A stretch of 64,000 nt of DNA from positions 5,502 to 69,501 of the forward strand of contig JABWBO010000006.1 of assembly GCA_013360465.1 (NCBI GenBank). The letters run 5' to 3'. The translations under genes were made by a program, and so were the position numbers. Below, piece after piece: positions 29,960 to 39,696 of the stretch; within the stretch, counting starts at the first letter, position 1, and each line of letters begins with the position of its first letter. The notes below the pieces were generated by a model. It was not told where the DNA came from and ran no database searches. It saw only the letters and a list, made by a program, of their open reading frames with translations. Source of the DNA: Anaerolineae bacterium (GTDB lineage Bacteria > Chloroflexota > Anaerolineae > Aggregatilineales > Phototrophicaceae).

Positions 29960-31033
29960 TCAGAGCCGGGGCAGCCGCTGTTCGACCGGCAGCATGGACG
30001 GGAAAGGCGCGTGCGGCTCCGCCTGATACCAGTAAGCGGTGGACGCATAATCGTTGCTCAGCTTGTTGGCGTGCCCATGCTCGATGGTGACTTTGATCGA
30101 GCGCTCGAAGAAGATCGGGTCTTCGATGTGATAGCGGTACACCGTATTCTTGCCGCGCCACTTCCAATCATCGGTCCCCTGGTAGAGGATCAGCCCGTGA
30201 TAGGGCGCGCTGTACTCCTGTGTCGGGCAAAATGCCGTGTTGAAGTAGTCTTCCGTGCCGGTTCCGTACAAGCTGGGCAGCGGCGCGCCGTCGATGACGA
30301 TCATGTCGTCGCCCTCGCCGTACCAGTCGTTCGCCTGCCGCGAAAAACAGTCGATATCCAGATGACAGCCGACGTAGTGCCCCCGCCCTTCCGCCTCCAG
30401 GATGACGTAGTTGTTCTCTCCGGTCAGGTTCGGGGTGCGCCAGGCTTCAAACATGGCGTCGCGGCTGCCTTCCCAGCGCACGGCAGGGTCCGCCCAACCC
30501 GGCGTCGGGTTGACGCGCCGCCACTGCGCATGAAACCGCCCGTAGTCGTCCAGGCGGGTCTCGGCGGGATAGCTCTCGTAATCGACGTAGAAGTAGAAGT
30601 TGAGCTTCTTGTCGGCTTCGTTGACGACTTCGACCCGCGCCGACGACTGGAAGGGCATGGGGAACCAGCAGTTGAAGGCGCGCCCATTTTCAGGACTCAT
30701 TTGCAGCGGCAGCGAGACAAAATTGCGTGTCATGCTGTGCCCCATGCCGAAGAAGTCGCCAAGCGGCGTCTCGACACTGGGGGCGCTTTCGCCGTCCCAG
30801 TACATGCGCAGCAGGACTTTGCGCAGCGCGTATTTGTCTTCGCACCAGAAGGTGATCCAGATGTGCTTGACGCAGCCCGGACCGGTCAGGCTGGCGATGT
30901 CGCGCGCCTGCCCCGGTTCGAATTCCCACCAATCCATATTGCCGCCCGTCGGGTCATAACTGGAGACGCGCAGACGGCGGACGCCGGGGCGCAGCAGCGG
31001 CAGCCCAGCGAGCGTACTCATACCCAGAACCAT
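29960..31033 (-). CDS. DUF2961 / glycoside hydrolase family 172 protein
   Basis: 357 aa. The N-terminal pattern RVSSYDPTGGNMDWWEFEPGQARDIASLTGPGCVKHIWITF is characteristic of DUF2961. There is no signal peptide. Confidence 0.85.
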   Translation of the reverse strand: MVLGMSTLAGLPLLRPGVRRLRVSSYDPTGGNMDWWEFEPGQARDIASLTGPGCVKHIWITFWCEDKYALRKVLLRMYWDGESAPSVETPLGDFFGMGHSMTRNFVSLPLQMSPENGRAFNCWFPMPFQSSARVEVVNEADKKLNFYFYVDYESYPAETRLDDYGRFHAQWRRVNPTPGWADPAVRWEGSRDAMFEAWRTPNLTGENNYVILEAEGRGHYVGCHLDIDCFSRQANDWYGEGDDMIVIDGAPLPSLYGTGTEDYFNTAFCPTQEYSAPYHGLILYQGTDDWKWRGKNTVYRYHIEDPIFFERSIKVTIEHGHANKLSNDYASTAYWYQAEPHAPFPSMLPVEQRLPRL

Positions 31034-31095
31034 TGTGTCAACCTTTCATCGAAACCCCACACTGCCCCACGCCGCATCTATTCGAATCACGCGGC

Positions 31096-33423
31096 TTAAA
31101 GCATGCCCTCCCGCGTCCAGCCGAAGCGCGCCAAGCCGGCGGCTCCAACGTAGAACGACGCGCCAAGCAGCAGCGCCGCCGTAAACCCGATGCTGACCGC
31201 CAGCGTCATCGCCAGCGCCGAGCCAAGGATCGCCGTCGCAGCGTTTGCTCCCCAGAAGGCAGCGATGCCGCGCGGATCGGCTTCATGGGCAATGCGCAGC
31301 CCACCGGGAAACGGCACACCCATCAGGACACCGAGCGGCAGAACTGCCGCCGCCGTCACCAACAGACGAATTTCCAGGCTCAGCGGCAGCGCCCAGCGGA
31401 TCAACGCAGGATGAACGATCAGCGACAGCGCGACGCCAGCAGCGACCAGCAGCGCAAACAGCGCGACGCGCCGGGGGAGCGACTTCAGGCTGAAACGACT
31501 GCTGAGCAGGCTCCCCAGCCCGCTCCCCACCAACAGCGCGCCGATCACCAGCGGAAGCGCCAGCGTCGGCTGACCCAGAAGCAGGTTGAAGCGCTGAATG
31601 AGCGGGATTTCCACCAGCATGTACGCCGCGCCAAGCAGCGCGAAGTAGGGTGTCAGCAGGGCACGCCGCCACTGATAGCCATCGCGCCGGACATAGAAGA
31701 AGATCGCCCAGGACAGATAGGCAAGCGCGACGAAGACGCTGACCAGCAGCAGATCGCTCACACCGGGGGGCAGCCCCGGCGTGAACTGGTAAAAGAATGG
31801 ACTGTCGTCGGTGGTCGGGGTGTAGTTGAACTGGGCGGCGTTGGCATCGATGTAGTCTTGAAGGGTCATTGCGCCGGTCGCCAGCCCTGTCATGCCGACT
31901 TCCTGGAAACCGGGCAGATAGAGCATCCCGACGTCAATGTCATGGGCGGCGGTCACTACTGCCTGGCTGTTCTCGGAGTCAAAGGGCTGGCGGCGGATGA
32001 AGACGGCGGAGGTGCGCGTCTGAGCATCGCCCGATCGCCGTGAACCCAGGGCGACATGACGCAGTGCCTCCTGAACGCTCATGCCTTCGGCTTGCAGCAT
32101 GTCCAGCGCGGCGACCACCAGACGCAGCCCTTCGATGCCGTGATGCGTGGCGAAGGCGATAGTGCCGTCCTCGGTGAGATGTCCCCAGTAGGCGCGCAGC
32201 GCTTCGCGGGTGAAGATGTAACTTTCCGCCAGCGCCGAATGCCCCGGCGCAGCCGCCTGGCTGTAGACCACGTTGGCGTAGATCAGGTCGTAGGTCTGCG
32301 CGCTGCGCTCGACAAAGTTGCGTCCGTCGGTCACGATGGTCTGCACATTGGGCAGATCGAATATGCCGCCGTTGTACTCGGCAGAATCGCGCGTGAGATC
32401 GACCAGCGTCGGGTTGATTTCGACGGCGGTGATGTCTGCCAGACCCGCCAGCTTCGCCATCAGCACATCGCGCCCCGCGCCCGCTCCGATGATCAGCGCC
32501 GATCGCGCGCCCTCCGGCAGGACGGCGAACGGCAGGTACTCCACATCGCGACGCATCCAATCGACTGCCGCATCATCGCCGTCGTAGCGGACCATGATGC
32601 TGCCCGCACCGGCGTCGGTGAAGACGTAGCGCAGCGAGTCGTCATCGGCAGTCACCACATCCAGCCGGGCGAAGGGATCCCAGCGGGTTTCCAGGAGCGC
32701 GGCGTTGCCGCTTTGGAGCATGTGGATCATCGTCTTGTCTGGCGGCGCGTTTTCCAGCGCGGCGGGCGAAAAGACGAGCCAGCCGCCGAAGCGGTTGGCG
32801 AGGAAACCGACTGCCAGCGCGCCGGTCAGAATCAGGGCGCGCGTCACAAGCGAGCGGTCGCCACCCGACCAGGCAAGGAGGCAGCCCACCCCGGCGGCGA
32901 TCACCGCCAGCGCCAGGATCAGATCGAACGCGCCGAACAGGCTGATCGCCGCGAACGCCGCCACCAGCCCGAAGGCTCCGCCGAGCAGGTCGGCGGCGTA
33001 GAGGACACCGCCCGACTGCGCGAAGGCAGCAAACAGCACCGACAGCAGAAACCCGATGCCGACGAATGGCAGCAGTGCCGCCGCCAGGGCAGCACCGACC
33101 AGGTCGGCGGAGGGCAGCAGCGCCAGCACCCCCGCCGCGACAACGAGCAGGAGGGCAGTTAGCTGGACGGCAGTTGTGAGCTTCGTCCGGCTCCCTTCCC
33201 ACCCCCTGCCGCGCGTCAGCAGCGTTGCCAGAGCAGCGCCGCCGCTCAAACCGGCGACAGCGAGCGAGACCACGAGGAAGACGAAATGGTACTGCAAGAT
33301 CACCGAGAAGACGCGCGTCAGCGCAATCTCGTACGCCAGTCCTACGGCTGCCAGAAGAAAAAGGACGAGCAGGATTCCAGGAGGTCTGCCGGCAGCCTGC
33401 GGCGATCTGGTATTGGTCTTCAA
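31096..33423 (-). CDS. Polytopic membrane protein with a central spermidine-synthase-like (class I methyltransferase fold) domain
   Basis: 775 aa. About 7 N-terminal and 5-6 C-terminal TM segments flank ALIIGAGAGRDVLMAKLAGLADITAVEINPTLVDL ... VTDGRNFVERSAQTYDLIYANVV. The only available start is TTG at 33423, 1 nt after the upstream permease stop (AAGGGG upstream). Confidence 0.8.
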   Translation of the reverse strand: MKTNTRSPQAAGRPPGILLVLFLLAAVGLAYEIALTRVFSVILQYHFVFLVVSLAVAGLSGGAALATLLTRGRGWEGSRTKLTTAVQLTALLLVVAAGVLALLPSADLVGAALAAALLPFVGIGFLLSVLFAAFAQSGGVLYAADLLGGAFGLVAAFAAISLFGAFDLILALAVIAAGVGCLLAWSGGDRSLVTRALILTGALAVGFLANRFGGWLVFSPAALENAPPDKTMIHMLQSGNAALLETRWDPFARLDVVTADDDSLRYVFTDAGAGSIMVRYDGDDAAVDWMRRDVEYLPFAVLPEGARSALIIGAGAGRDVLMAKLAGLADITAVEINPTLVDLTRDSAEYNGGIFDLPNVQTIVTDGRNFVERSAQTYDLIYANVVYSQAAAPGHSALAESYIFTREALRAYWGHLTEDGTIAFATHHGIEGLRLVVAALDMLQAEGMSVQEALRHVALGSRRSGDAQTRTSAVFIRRQPFDSENSQAVVTAAHDIDVGMLYLPGFQEVGMTGLATGAMTLQDYIDANAAQFNYTPTTDDSPFFYQFTPGLPPGVSDLLLVSVFVALAYLSWAIFFYVRRDGYQWRRALLTPYFALLGAAYMLVEIPLIQRFNLLLGQPTLALPLVIGALLVGSGLGSLLSSRFSLKSLPRRVALFALLVAAGVALSLIVHPALIRWALPLSLEIRLLVTAAAVLPLGVLMGVPFPGGLRIAHEADPRGIAAFWGANAATAILGSALAMTLAVSIGFTAALLLGASFYVGAAGLARFGWTREGML

Positions 33424-33424
33424 G

Positions 33425-35398
33425 TTACCCCTTCAGCCCGGTCAACTGAATGCCTTCGATGAAATAGCGCTGCGCAAAGAAGAAAATCAGGATAATCGGC
33501 AGGATGACGACCATCGATGCCGCCATGAGCAGGTGGAAGGATGTATTGTACTGCCCTTTGAAGAATGCCAGCCCCAGGGATACGGTGTACTGCTGCGGGC
33601 TGCTCAGGTACACATAGGGTTCGAAGAACGAGTTCCATGTCCACCAGAAGGTGAAAATACCGACCGTCGCCAGCGCCGGGGCGCTCAGCGGCAGGATCAC
33701 CCTGACCAGCACTTGCAGCGTGGTTGCGCCGTCGATGCGGGCAGCCTCTTCCAATTCCATCGGTATCGCCATGAAGAACTGGCGCAGCAGAAAGATCAGG
33801 AAGGCGTTGCCGAAGAAAGACCGGACGAAGAGGGGCCACAGGGTATTGATCATCCCGAGCTTCTGGAAGATCTCAAAGGTGGGGATGAGCATCACCGGGA
33901 AGGGCAGCATCATGGTCGAAAGCAGCACCATGAACAGGAAGTTCTTGCCCGGCGCGCGCAGGCGAGCGAAGGCGTATGCCACCAGCGTGACCGACAGGAA
34001 ATGCCCGATCAGATTCAGCAGCACCAGCAGCCCGGAATTTCGGAAGAAGGTGAAGAAGGTCGCGCCGCCCAGGTCCTTCGACAGCGCATCGACGTAATTC
34101 TGGAGGCTGAAGTTGGGCGTAAGCACCGCCGACAGCGACTCGCTCGGCACGTCGAACGCCTGCTCCACAACAGCCTGAGGGGCAATCAGCGCCATGTCGC
34201 GGCGCTCGCTGACGATGGCGATGGCGTGACGCTGATCGCCCTCGACGTAATCGTCGCGATAGCTGACCGAGACGCCATCCAGGTTGGCTACGAACGGCTG
34301 CGCCAATTTGCCCAGCGGAGTCAGGCGAAGGGTGGTCGCTTCATCGACCGGAATGACGAAAGTGAGCGCGCTGGTTTCGACCAGCAGGACAACTTCGCGC
34401 TGAGAACCATCTTCCATCCCTGCTGTGGCGACGGGCATGTCGGGCGTGCCGTTAACCGTCCGCAGTTCGGAAGCGCTCAGGGCGCTGTTTTCGACGGTGA
34501 AACCACTGGCGCGCGCCTGCTCCAGGTCGATGATCGGCTGCCAGGACTCGGCGCTCAGCAGGACGTATTTTTCCGCTTCGGGGTGGTCCGCCAGCGTGTA
34601 GACCGGCAGCTCCGTCGAGCCAAACGGAGCCAGCCCCGCCTCTTCAACCGCCTCGGCGGGCACGAGTACAGCGGCGCTTGCCACTTCTTGCGGGGCGACG
34701 ACGGTCAGCTCCGATTCAGGACCGAGCGCCAGCAGTGTAACACCCTCTTCTTCCAGCTCGCGCGCCTGAAGCCGATAGCCGCCGATCTCGACGTTGGCGC
34801 GTTTCCCGGCGTTGACTTCATCCAGAGGTCGAATTGCGGCGATTTTCCTCAGATCATCGACCGCCGCCACCACCAGATTTTCCCCGTCGCGGGCGATGGC
34901 GACGACCTGCCGGGTCGTTCCGTCATCCAGCGTCAGCGTGCGGACGTTGAAGGTCACACTGTCCATCGCTGTGGGCTGCGCATCGCTCAGCCGATCAGCA
35001 GGGGCAGCGATCAGTTCTGGCATCTGGCTGACATCGATCACGGTCGTGAAGCGGCGCACGCCTACCTTGAGGACTTCTTCGCGCTCCCCGTCGGGGTTCA
35101 CAGCCCACCACAGCGGGAATTCCTGTGTGGTGCTGCCGGCTTGCGCGTGAATCCAGGTCGAAGGAATCCAGATCGGCGGCTGGGCGAGGATCTGCCACTC
35201 CGGCTTGAAGCTGGAGGTAAACATCCATAAGAGCGGAAACAGCATGATGGTCGCGCCGACGAACAGGATCAGATAGTTCAGAGCGCGCCCGAACTGCGGA
35301 CCGACGGGTTTTCCGGAGCGCGATTCAGCGCGGCGAGCGGCGTGATTCAGTCCGCCTGTAGGGCTGCTCATTGGAGGCAACGAGCTGAGGTCGGTCAT
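33425..35398 (-). CDS. Carbohydrate ABC transporter permease (MalG type) with a roughly 370 aa insertion in the first extracytoplasmic loop
   Basis: Start trimmed to ATG 35398 (ATGA overlap with the upstream permease stop), giving 657 aa. TM1 (LNYLILFVGATIMLFPLLWMF) is followed by a long soluble segment before the usual FSLQNY motif. The canonical core follows, with the EAA loop ELEEAARIDGATTLQVLVRVILPLSAP. Confidence 0.85.
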   Translation of the reverse strand: MTDLSSLPPMSSPTGGLNHAARRAESRSGKPVGPQFGRALNYLILFVGATIMLFPLLWMFTSSFKPEWQILAQPPIWIPSTWIHAQAGSTTQEFPLWWAVNPDGEREEVLKVGVRRFTTVIDVSQMPELIAAPADRLSDAQPTAMDSVTFNVRTLTLDDGTTRQVVAIARDGENLVVAAVDDLRKIAAIRPLDEVNAGKRANVEIGGYRLQARELEEEGVTLLALGPESELTVVAPQEVASAAVLVPAEAVEEAGLAPFGSTELPVYTLADHPEAEKYVLLSAESWQPIIDLEQARASGFTVENSALSASELRTVNGTPDMPVATAGMEDGSQREVVLLVETSALTFVIPVDEATTLRLTPLGKLAQPFVANLDGVSVSYRDDYVEGDQRHAIAIVSERRDMALIAPQAVVEQAFDVPSESLSAVLTPNFSLQNYVDALSKDLGGATFFTFFRNSGLLVLLNLIGHFLSVTLVAYAFARLRAPGKNFLFMVLLSTMMLPFPVMLIPTFEIFQKLGMINTLWPLFVRSFFGNAFLIFLLRQFFMAIPMELEEAARIDGATTLQVLVRVILPLSAPALATVGIFTFWWTWNSFFEPYVYLSSPQQYTVSLGLAFFKGQYNTSFHLLMAASMVVILPIILIFFFAQRYFIEGIQLTGLKG

Positions 35399-36330
35399 GC
35401 GCGCTCCCTTTCGGTTTCGTAGTAGACCCACAGGCTGGACGAGCGAATGATCACCACCGTCAGCGCCATGATGATCAGGAAGAGTACCCACGCCAGCGCC
35501 GAAGCATAGCCAAGGCTGCCCATCTGAAAGGCTTCACGATAGAGGTTGAGCATGTAAGTCAGGGTGGCTTTATTCGGTCCGCCATTGGTCAGGATCAATG
35601 GACCATCGAACACCTGAAAGGCTCCGATGAAGCCGAGTACGACGTTGAAAAAGATCGTCGGGCTGAGCATCGGCACGGTGATATTCCAGAAACGCGCCCA
35701 CGACCCTGCGCCATCAATCTGCGCGACTTCGTAATATTCTTTAGGGATATTTTTCAAGCCGGCGAGATAGATGATGACCTGCCCGCCGACCGTCCACCAG
35801 CTCATGAAGACCAGCGACGGCAGCGCCCAGTCTTCGCTGGTGATCCACCCCGGACCTTTGATGCCGATGTAGCCTAGCAGCGTGTTGATCAAGCCATACT
35901 GGGGGTTAAAAACGTAGAACCACAGCACGGCGACGGCGATCGGCGCAACCACCGAAGGCAGGAAATAGATGGTGCGCCAGATGCTCACCCCGCGAATGTT
36001 CTGCGCCAGCAGCATGGCGACACCGATGGCGATGACCGTGCTTCCGGGGACGCTGCCCAGGACGTACAACCCGGTCACGCGGAGCGACTGCCAGAAATCG
36101 GGGTCTTGAAAGAGCCGGGAGAAATTGTCGAAGCCGACGAAGACCGGCTCACGCCCGATCTGGTACTGGGTGAGCGCCAGGTAGAGCGAGCGCACCATCG
36201 GGTAAGCGATAAAAATGATGAAACCCAGCAGCCAGGGAGAAATAAGGACATAGAAGGTGAGCGCTTCACGCCGGGCGGAAGCGCTCATGTTCGCGAATGG
36301 ACGCAATCGAGCCGCCATAGACCCTCTCAC
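35395..36330 (-). CDS. Sugar ABC transporter permease (MalF type)
   Basis: 311 aa with the EAA loop EYYEVAQIDGAGSWARFWNITVPMLSP. Confidence 0.9.
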   Translation of the reverse strand: MRGSMAARLRPFANMSASARREALTFYVLISPWLLGFIIFIAYPMVRSLYLALTQYQIGREPVFVGFDNFSRLFQDPDFWQSLRVTGLYVLGSVPGSTVIAIGVAMLLAQNIRGVSIWRTIYFLPSVVAPIAVAVLWFYVFNPQYGLINTLLGYIGIKGPGWITSEDWALPSLVFMSWWTVGGQVIIYLAGLKNIPKEYYEVAQIDGAGSWARFWNITVPMLSPTIFFNVVLGFIGAFQVFDGPLILTNGGPNKATLTYMLNLYREAFQMGSLGYASALAWVLFLIIMALTVVIIRSSSLWVYYETERERA

Positions 36331-36481
36331 AAAGACTCATCAGAACGCCTGCAATGCGAGGACCGCCGCCTGCTCGAACAGAACCTACCCAAAAACAACC
36401 GTTTCAGCAGAAGCACGGCTCGCCATGCCCCTGCTGAAACAGAGTGAAGCTCACGGGTTTTTGAGCGCCGACGGAATCAGG

Positions 36482-37816
36482 CTACTGCTGTTCCATGCAT
36501 GCCTGATATTCGGGCATCCGCTCGTTGACCAGCGCGGCGACATCCACATCCGCGCCTTCCTCGCCGAACAGTACCGCTGTGATCTCCGAGCCGGCGGGTG
36601 TGCCCACGCACTGGAGATAATACGGGTTCTTCAGGTCATCCAGCGCATCCAGATATTCGACCTCGTCGAGGAACGTGCCCCAGAACGGGTGATCCTGCTT
36701 GGATTCCATGATGACCGGCATGGAGGAGAGCGCATGCTCGCCATACTGACGCTGACCGATGTCCGTGCCGAGCGCCTTCAGGAGCAGCCATGCTTCTTCA
36801 GGATTCTCGCTGTTGGGCGCCAGACCGAAGCCCGCCCAGCAGACCGCGCCGTGATGTCCACCTGGACCGGTCGGCATCGGCAGAATGGCATATTCGAAGC
36901 CGGGCTGCTCTTCCAGCATGCCCAGGAACCAGGGACCCATGCCGAAGACCATCGCGATCTTGCCATCCAGGAATTCGGGCATCACGCCGCCGGGCAGCGA
37001 GCTGATGTAGTTGCTGGTCGGGGCGACATGGTAAACATGGACTGCGTCGCGCATCCACTCCAACGCCTGAATCGTGCCTTCGCTGTTGAAATAGCCATCC
37101 AGCGTCGTGCCGTCATCGCTGATGGTGTGCGAACCGAACGAGTAAACCACGCTCTGGAAGCCGCGCCACCAGTCACCACGATGATCCATACCCCACTGCA
37201 CGACGTTAGTCGGGTCAAAGTCGGGGCTGGCGGCGTTGTTGCCGTTGGCGTCCACCGTCAGCTGCATCGCCACATCGAGCAGATCGTCGTAGGTCCAGCC
37301 TTCCTGGGGCATCTCGATGCCGGCGGCGTCCAGGAGTGCCTTGTTGGCGTATATCGCCACCGTGCTGTAGTCCTTCGCCAGCACGTAGGGATCGCCCTGA
37401 TAGAAGCCATTTTCGTAGACTGACTGATAGAAGACTTCGGCGGGGTCAAAACCAGTGTCGCCCTCGACGAACGGGCGCAGATTGGTCAGACCACCCGATT
37501 CCACATAGAGCGGGATGTAGCTGGAATCGACCATGTAGACATCCGGCAGTTCGCCAGAGGCGATCAGCGTCAGGATACGGCTGTGCCAGTCGCCGCCCGG
37601 ATTCGGCTGAATCTCCACATCGATGTTCGGGAACTGCGCTTCAAAGTCAGCGATCACCGCCAGATGGCGCTGGTTGCCGTTTTCATCGTCCCACGAACCC
37701 AGCGTGATCAGGGTCTTATCCTGGGCAGACACGACAGCGAAGCTGAGCATCGAGACGATCAGGCTGACGACGGTGAAGACTGCGAGGAACGAAAGAGTCC
37801 ATTTACGGTGCTGCAT
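36482..37816 (-). CDS. Extracellular solute-binding protein of a sugar ABC importer
   Basis: Start trimmed to ATG 37816 (GGAGGG upstream). Signal peptide MQHRKWTLSFLAVFTVVSLIVSMLSFAVVSAQ. Confidence 0.9.
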   Translation of the reverse strand: MQHRKWTLSFLAVFTVVSLIVSMLSFAVVSAQDKTLITLGSWDDENGNQRHLAVIADFEAQFPNIDVEIQPNPGGDWHSRILTLIASGELPDVYMVDSSYIPLYVESGGLTNLRPFVEGDTGFDPAEVFYQSVYENGFYQGDPYVLAKDYSTVAIYANKALLDAAGIEMPQEGWTYDDLLDVAMQLTVDANGNNAASPDFDPTNVVQWGMDHRGDWWRGFQSVVYSFGSHTISDDGTTLDGYFNSEGTIQALEWMRDAVHVYHVAPTSNYISSLPGGVMPEFLDGKIAMVFGMGPWFLGMLEEQPGFEYAILPMPTGPGGHHGAVCWAGFGLAPNSENPEEAWLLLKALGTDIGQRQYGEHALSSMPVIMESKQDHPFWGTFLDEVEYLDALDDLKNPYYLQCVGTPAGSEITAVLFGEEGADVDVAALVNERMPEYQACMEQQ

Positions 37817-38072
37817 AGTAAAACGCCCTCCATGCAACTATTTTTGCGCAAGCGATGTACAGACTGGCTTGAGAGGTATGAATTATTGGCGTTCATGATC
37901 CTCGGGTCTGGAAGATGTTCAGCGAGTCACGCCATCGATGCTCCTTTCCGCAAGAGTTGCGCTTTGCGCGCTCACAAGGATGACGAACATTCGTACGCTG
38001 CGGCGCAAAGGTCTGAAACACTTCACAGAGAATGTCTATATAAATCGACTCTAGTGTAGTGTTTGCCGTGCG

Positions 38073-38106
38073 GGCTGTCAAGAAAACCGATGATTCCTTG
38101 ACAGCC
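38073..38106. promoter_or_regulatory. 10 bp inverted repeat with a 14 nt spacer between two divergent SBP genes
   Basis: GGCTGTCAAG (38073-38082), 14 nt, CTTGACAGCC (38097-38106). Followed by GTCTAAAC (38119-38126) and TCTAAAC (38131-38137). Confidence 0.4.
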
Positions 38107-38343
38107 ATGCCCGCATCCGTCTAAACTTGTTCTAAACATTGCACAGAACATGTACAGTCCTTTGATAAAACTGCCGAATTTAGATAAGGACAAGATGGTG
38201 AAAGTCTTACCAACCAGTCGCGCCGCCCTGCGCCGTGCTGCGTTGAGCGCCGCTGCTCGTCCCGTGAGAAAGGAGGCGCGCGGTCACACTTTTTCGGCTT
38301 CAGCTTCGCCGTAAGTGATCTTGATGTTTTAGGAGGTTCTGCA

Positions 38344-39684
38344 ATGTCTTCACGCATCCGGTTGTTCTCGCTTCTCACCATCCTGCTCCTGCTGGTGGTC
38401 ATCGGGAGCGTCAGCGCTCAAGATGTGACGCTGAACGTCGTCGGGTTTGTCGTGCCACTGGAAGAACAGGGCACGCCCCTCGACGAAGCCTACAAAGCCT
38501 TCATCGCCGGATTCCAGGAGAGCCACCCCGGCGTGACCGTCAACGCCCTGGAGACCCCGCCGGAGTTCGACACGCAGCTTCTGGTCGATCTCGCCGCCGG
38601 GACCGCCCCTGACGTGTGGAATCAGGACGCCTCGACGCTTGCCCGTCTGGTGGATGCCGGCTACGTCCTGGATATGAATGAGTGCGTCGCGCTCGTGCCG
38701 GAGTTCAACCTCGACCGCTTCTTCCCGTCGACGCTGGCGATTCACCAGCGCGAAGCAGGCGGACCGATCTACGGCGTGCCGAACGACTTCACGCCGATGG
38801 TCATCTACTACAACACCCTGGCGTTTGAGCGCGCCGGCGTCGAACCCCCACAGGCGGGCTGGACCTGGGAAGACTTCGTCGAGATCGCCAAACAGGTGAC
38901 GCTCGACGGCAACGGCAACAATGCCGCCAGCCCGGATTTCGACCCGGAAAATGTGACGCAGTGGGGCTTCCGCGTGCGCAAGTGGACCTTCGAGTGGCTG
39001 TACCGCGTATGGCAGGCGGGCAGCGACGTCATCTCGCCGGATGGCACGACCGCCAGCGGCTACCTGGATTCGCCGGAGAGCATCGCGGCGATCACCTTCC
39101 TGCGCGACCTGGTGACAGTCGAACACGTCGCCCCGCCGCCGACCACGCTCGACCAGATGATCCAGCAGTTGGGCTTCCTGGACCGCTTCCTGATGGGCGA
39201 TTTCGCCATGTTCGACCGTGGACACTGGGAGATGGTCGGGCTGCGCGCCAACGCCAACTTTGAAGAAGGTCGGTTCAGCGTCGTCGGTCAGCCGCAGGGC
39301 GCAGCCCGCGCCACCGTGATGTACGCCTCCGGCTTCGTCATCCGCGCCGACATCCCCGAAGACCGCAAGCTGGCTGCCTGCCAGTTCGTCGAGGCGGCGA
39401 CCAACCGGGCGTACCAGGATACGAAGGTGCTGACCGGCATCGCCATCTCCGCCAATCAGGCGGCGGCAGCCGACGCTATCGCTCAGAGTGCCGACCCGGC
39501 AATCGAGCAGGCTTTCTACGATGAGGTGGAATTCGGACGCGCGCCCTACGGCGCGATCTACGCGCAGTGGCCCACCATCGAGGGGCGGCTCGACACCATG
39601 ATGGAAGCTATCCTCGCCGGCGGCGACGTCGAAGCAGAGGTTGCGCTTGCCGTAGAAGAGATCAACCGCGAACTTTCCCGCTAA
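38344..39684 (+). CDS. Extracellular solute-binding protein of a sugar ABC importer
   Basis: 446 aa with signal peptide MSSRIRLFSLLTILLLLVVIGSVSAQ. TAGGAGG lies 7 nt upstream of the ATG. Confidence 0.9.
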   Translation: MSSRIRLFSLLTILLLLVVIGSVSAQDVTLNVVGFVVPLEEQGTPLDEAYKAFIAGFQESHPGVTVNALETPPEFDTQLLVDLAAGTAPDVWNQDASTLARLVDAGYVLDMNECVALVPEFNLDRFFPSTLAIHQREAGGPIYGVPNDFTPMVIYYNTLAFERAGVEPPQAGWTWEDFVEIAKQVTLDGNGNNAASPDFDPENVTQWGFRVRKWTFEWLYRVWQAGSDVISPDGTTASGYLDSPESIAAITFLRDLVTVEHVAPPPTTLDQMIQQLGFLDRFLMGDFAMFDRGHWEMVGLRANANFEEGRFSVVGQPQGAARATVMYASGFVIRADIPEDRKLAACQFVEAATNRAYQDTKVLTGIAISANQAAAADAIAQSADPAIEQAFYDEVEFGRAPYGAIYAQWPTIEGRLDTMMEAILAGGDVEAEVALAVEEINRELSR

Positions 39685-39696
39685 CCTCCGGTTTTT

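Noticed and set aside
28475-31099. 874 aa ORF on the plus strand
   Set aside because: It is antisense to the GH2 and GH172 genes. The composition is low-complexity and Arg/Ala/Gly/Pro-rich, with no recognisable domain. The minus-strand genes have clear family signatures and RBSs.
33056-35230. 724 aa ORF on the plus strand
   Set aside because: It is antisense to the SpeE-like gene and the permease gene with the large insert. Its composition is R/Q/E/D/H-rich nonsense.
37838-38343. Small ORFs (37893..38108 -, 38121..38402 -, 37583..38059 +) in the 506 bp spacer between the divergent SBP genes
   Set aside because: They have no RBS, odd composition and no recognisable family. I treat the region as regulatory DNA, although an sRNA or micro-protein cannot be excluded.
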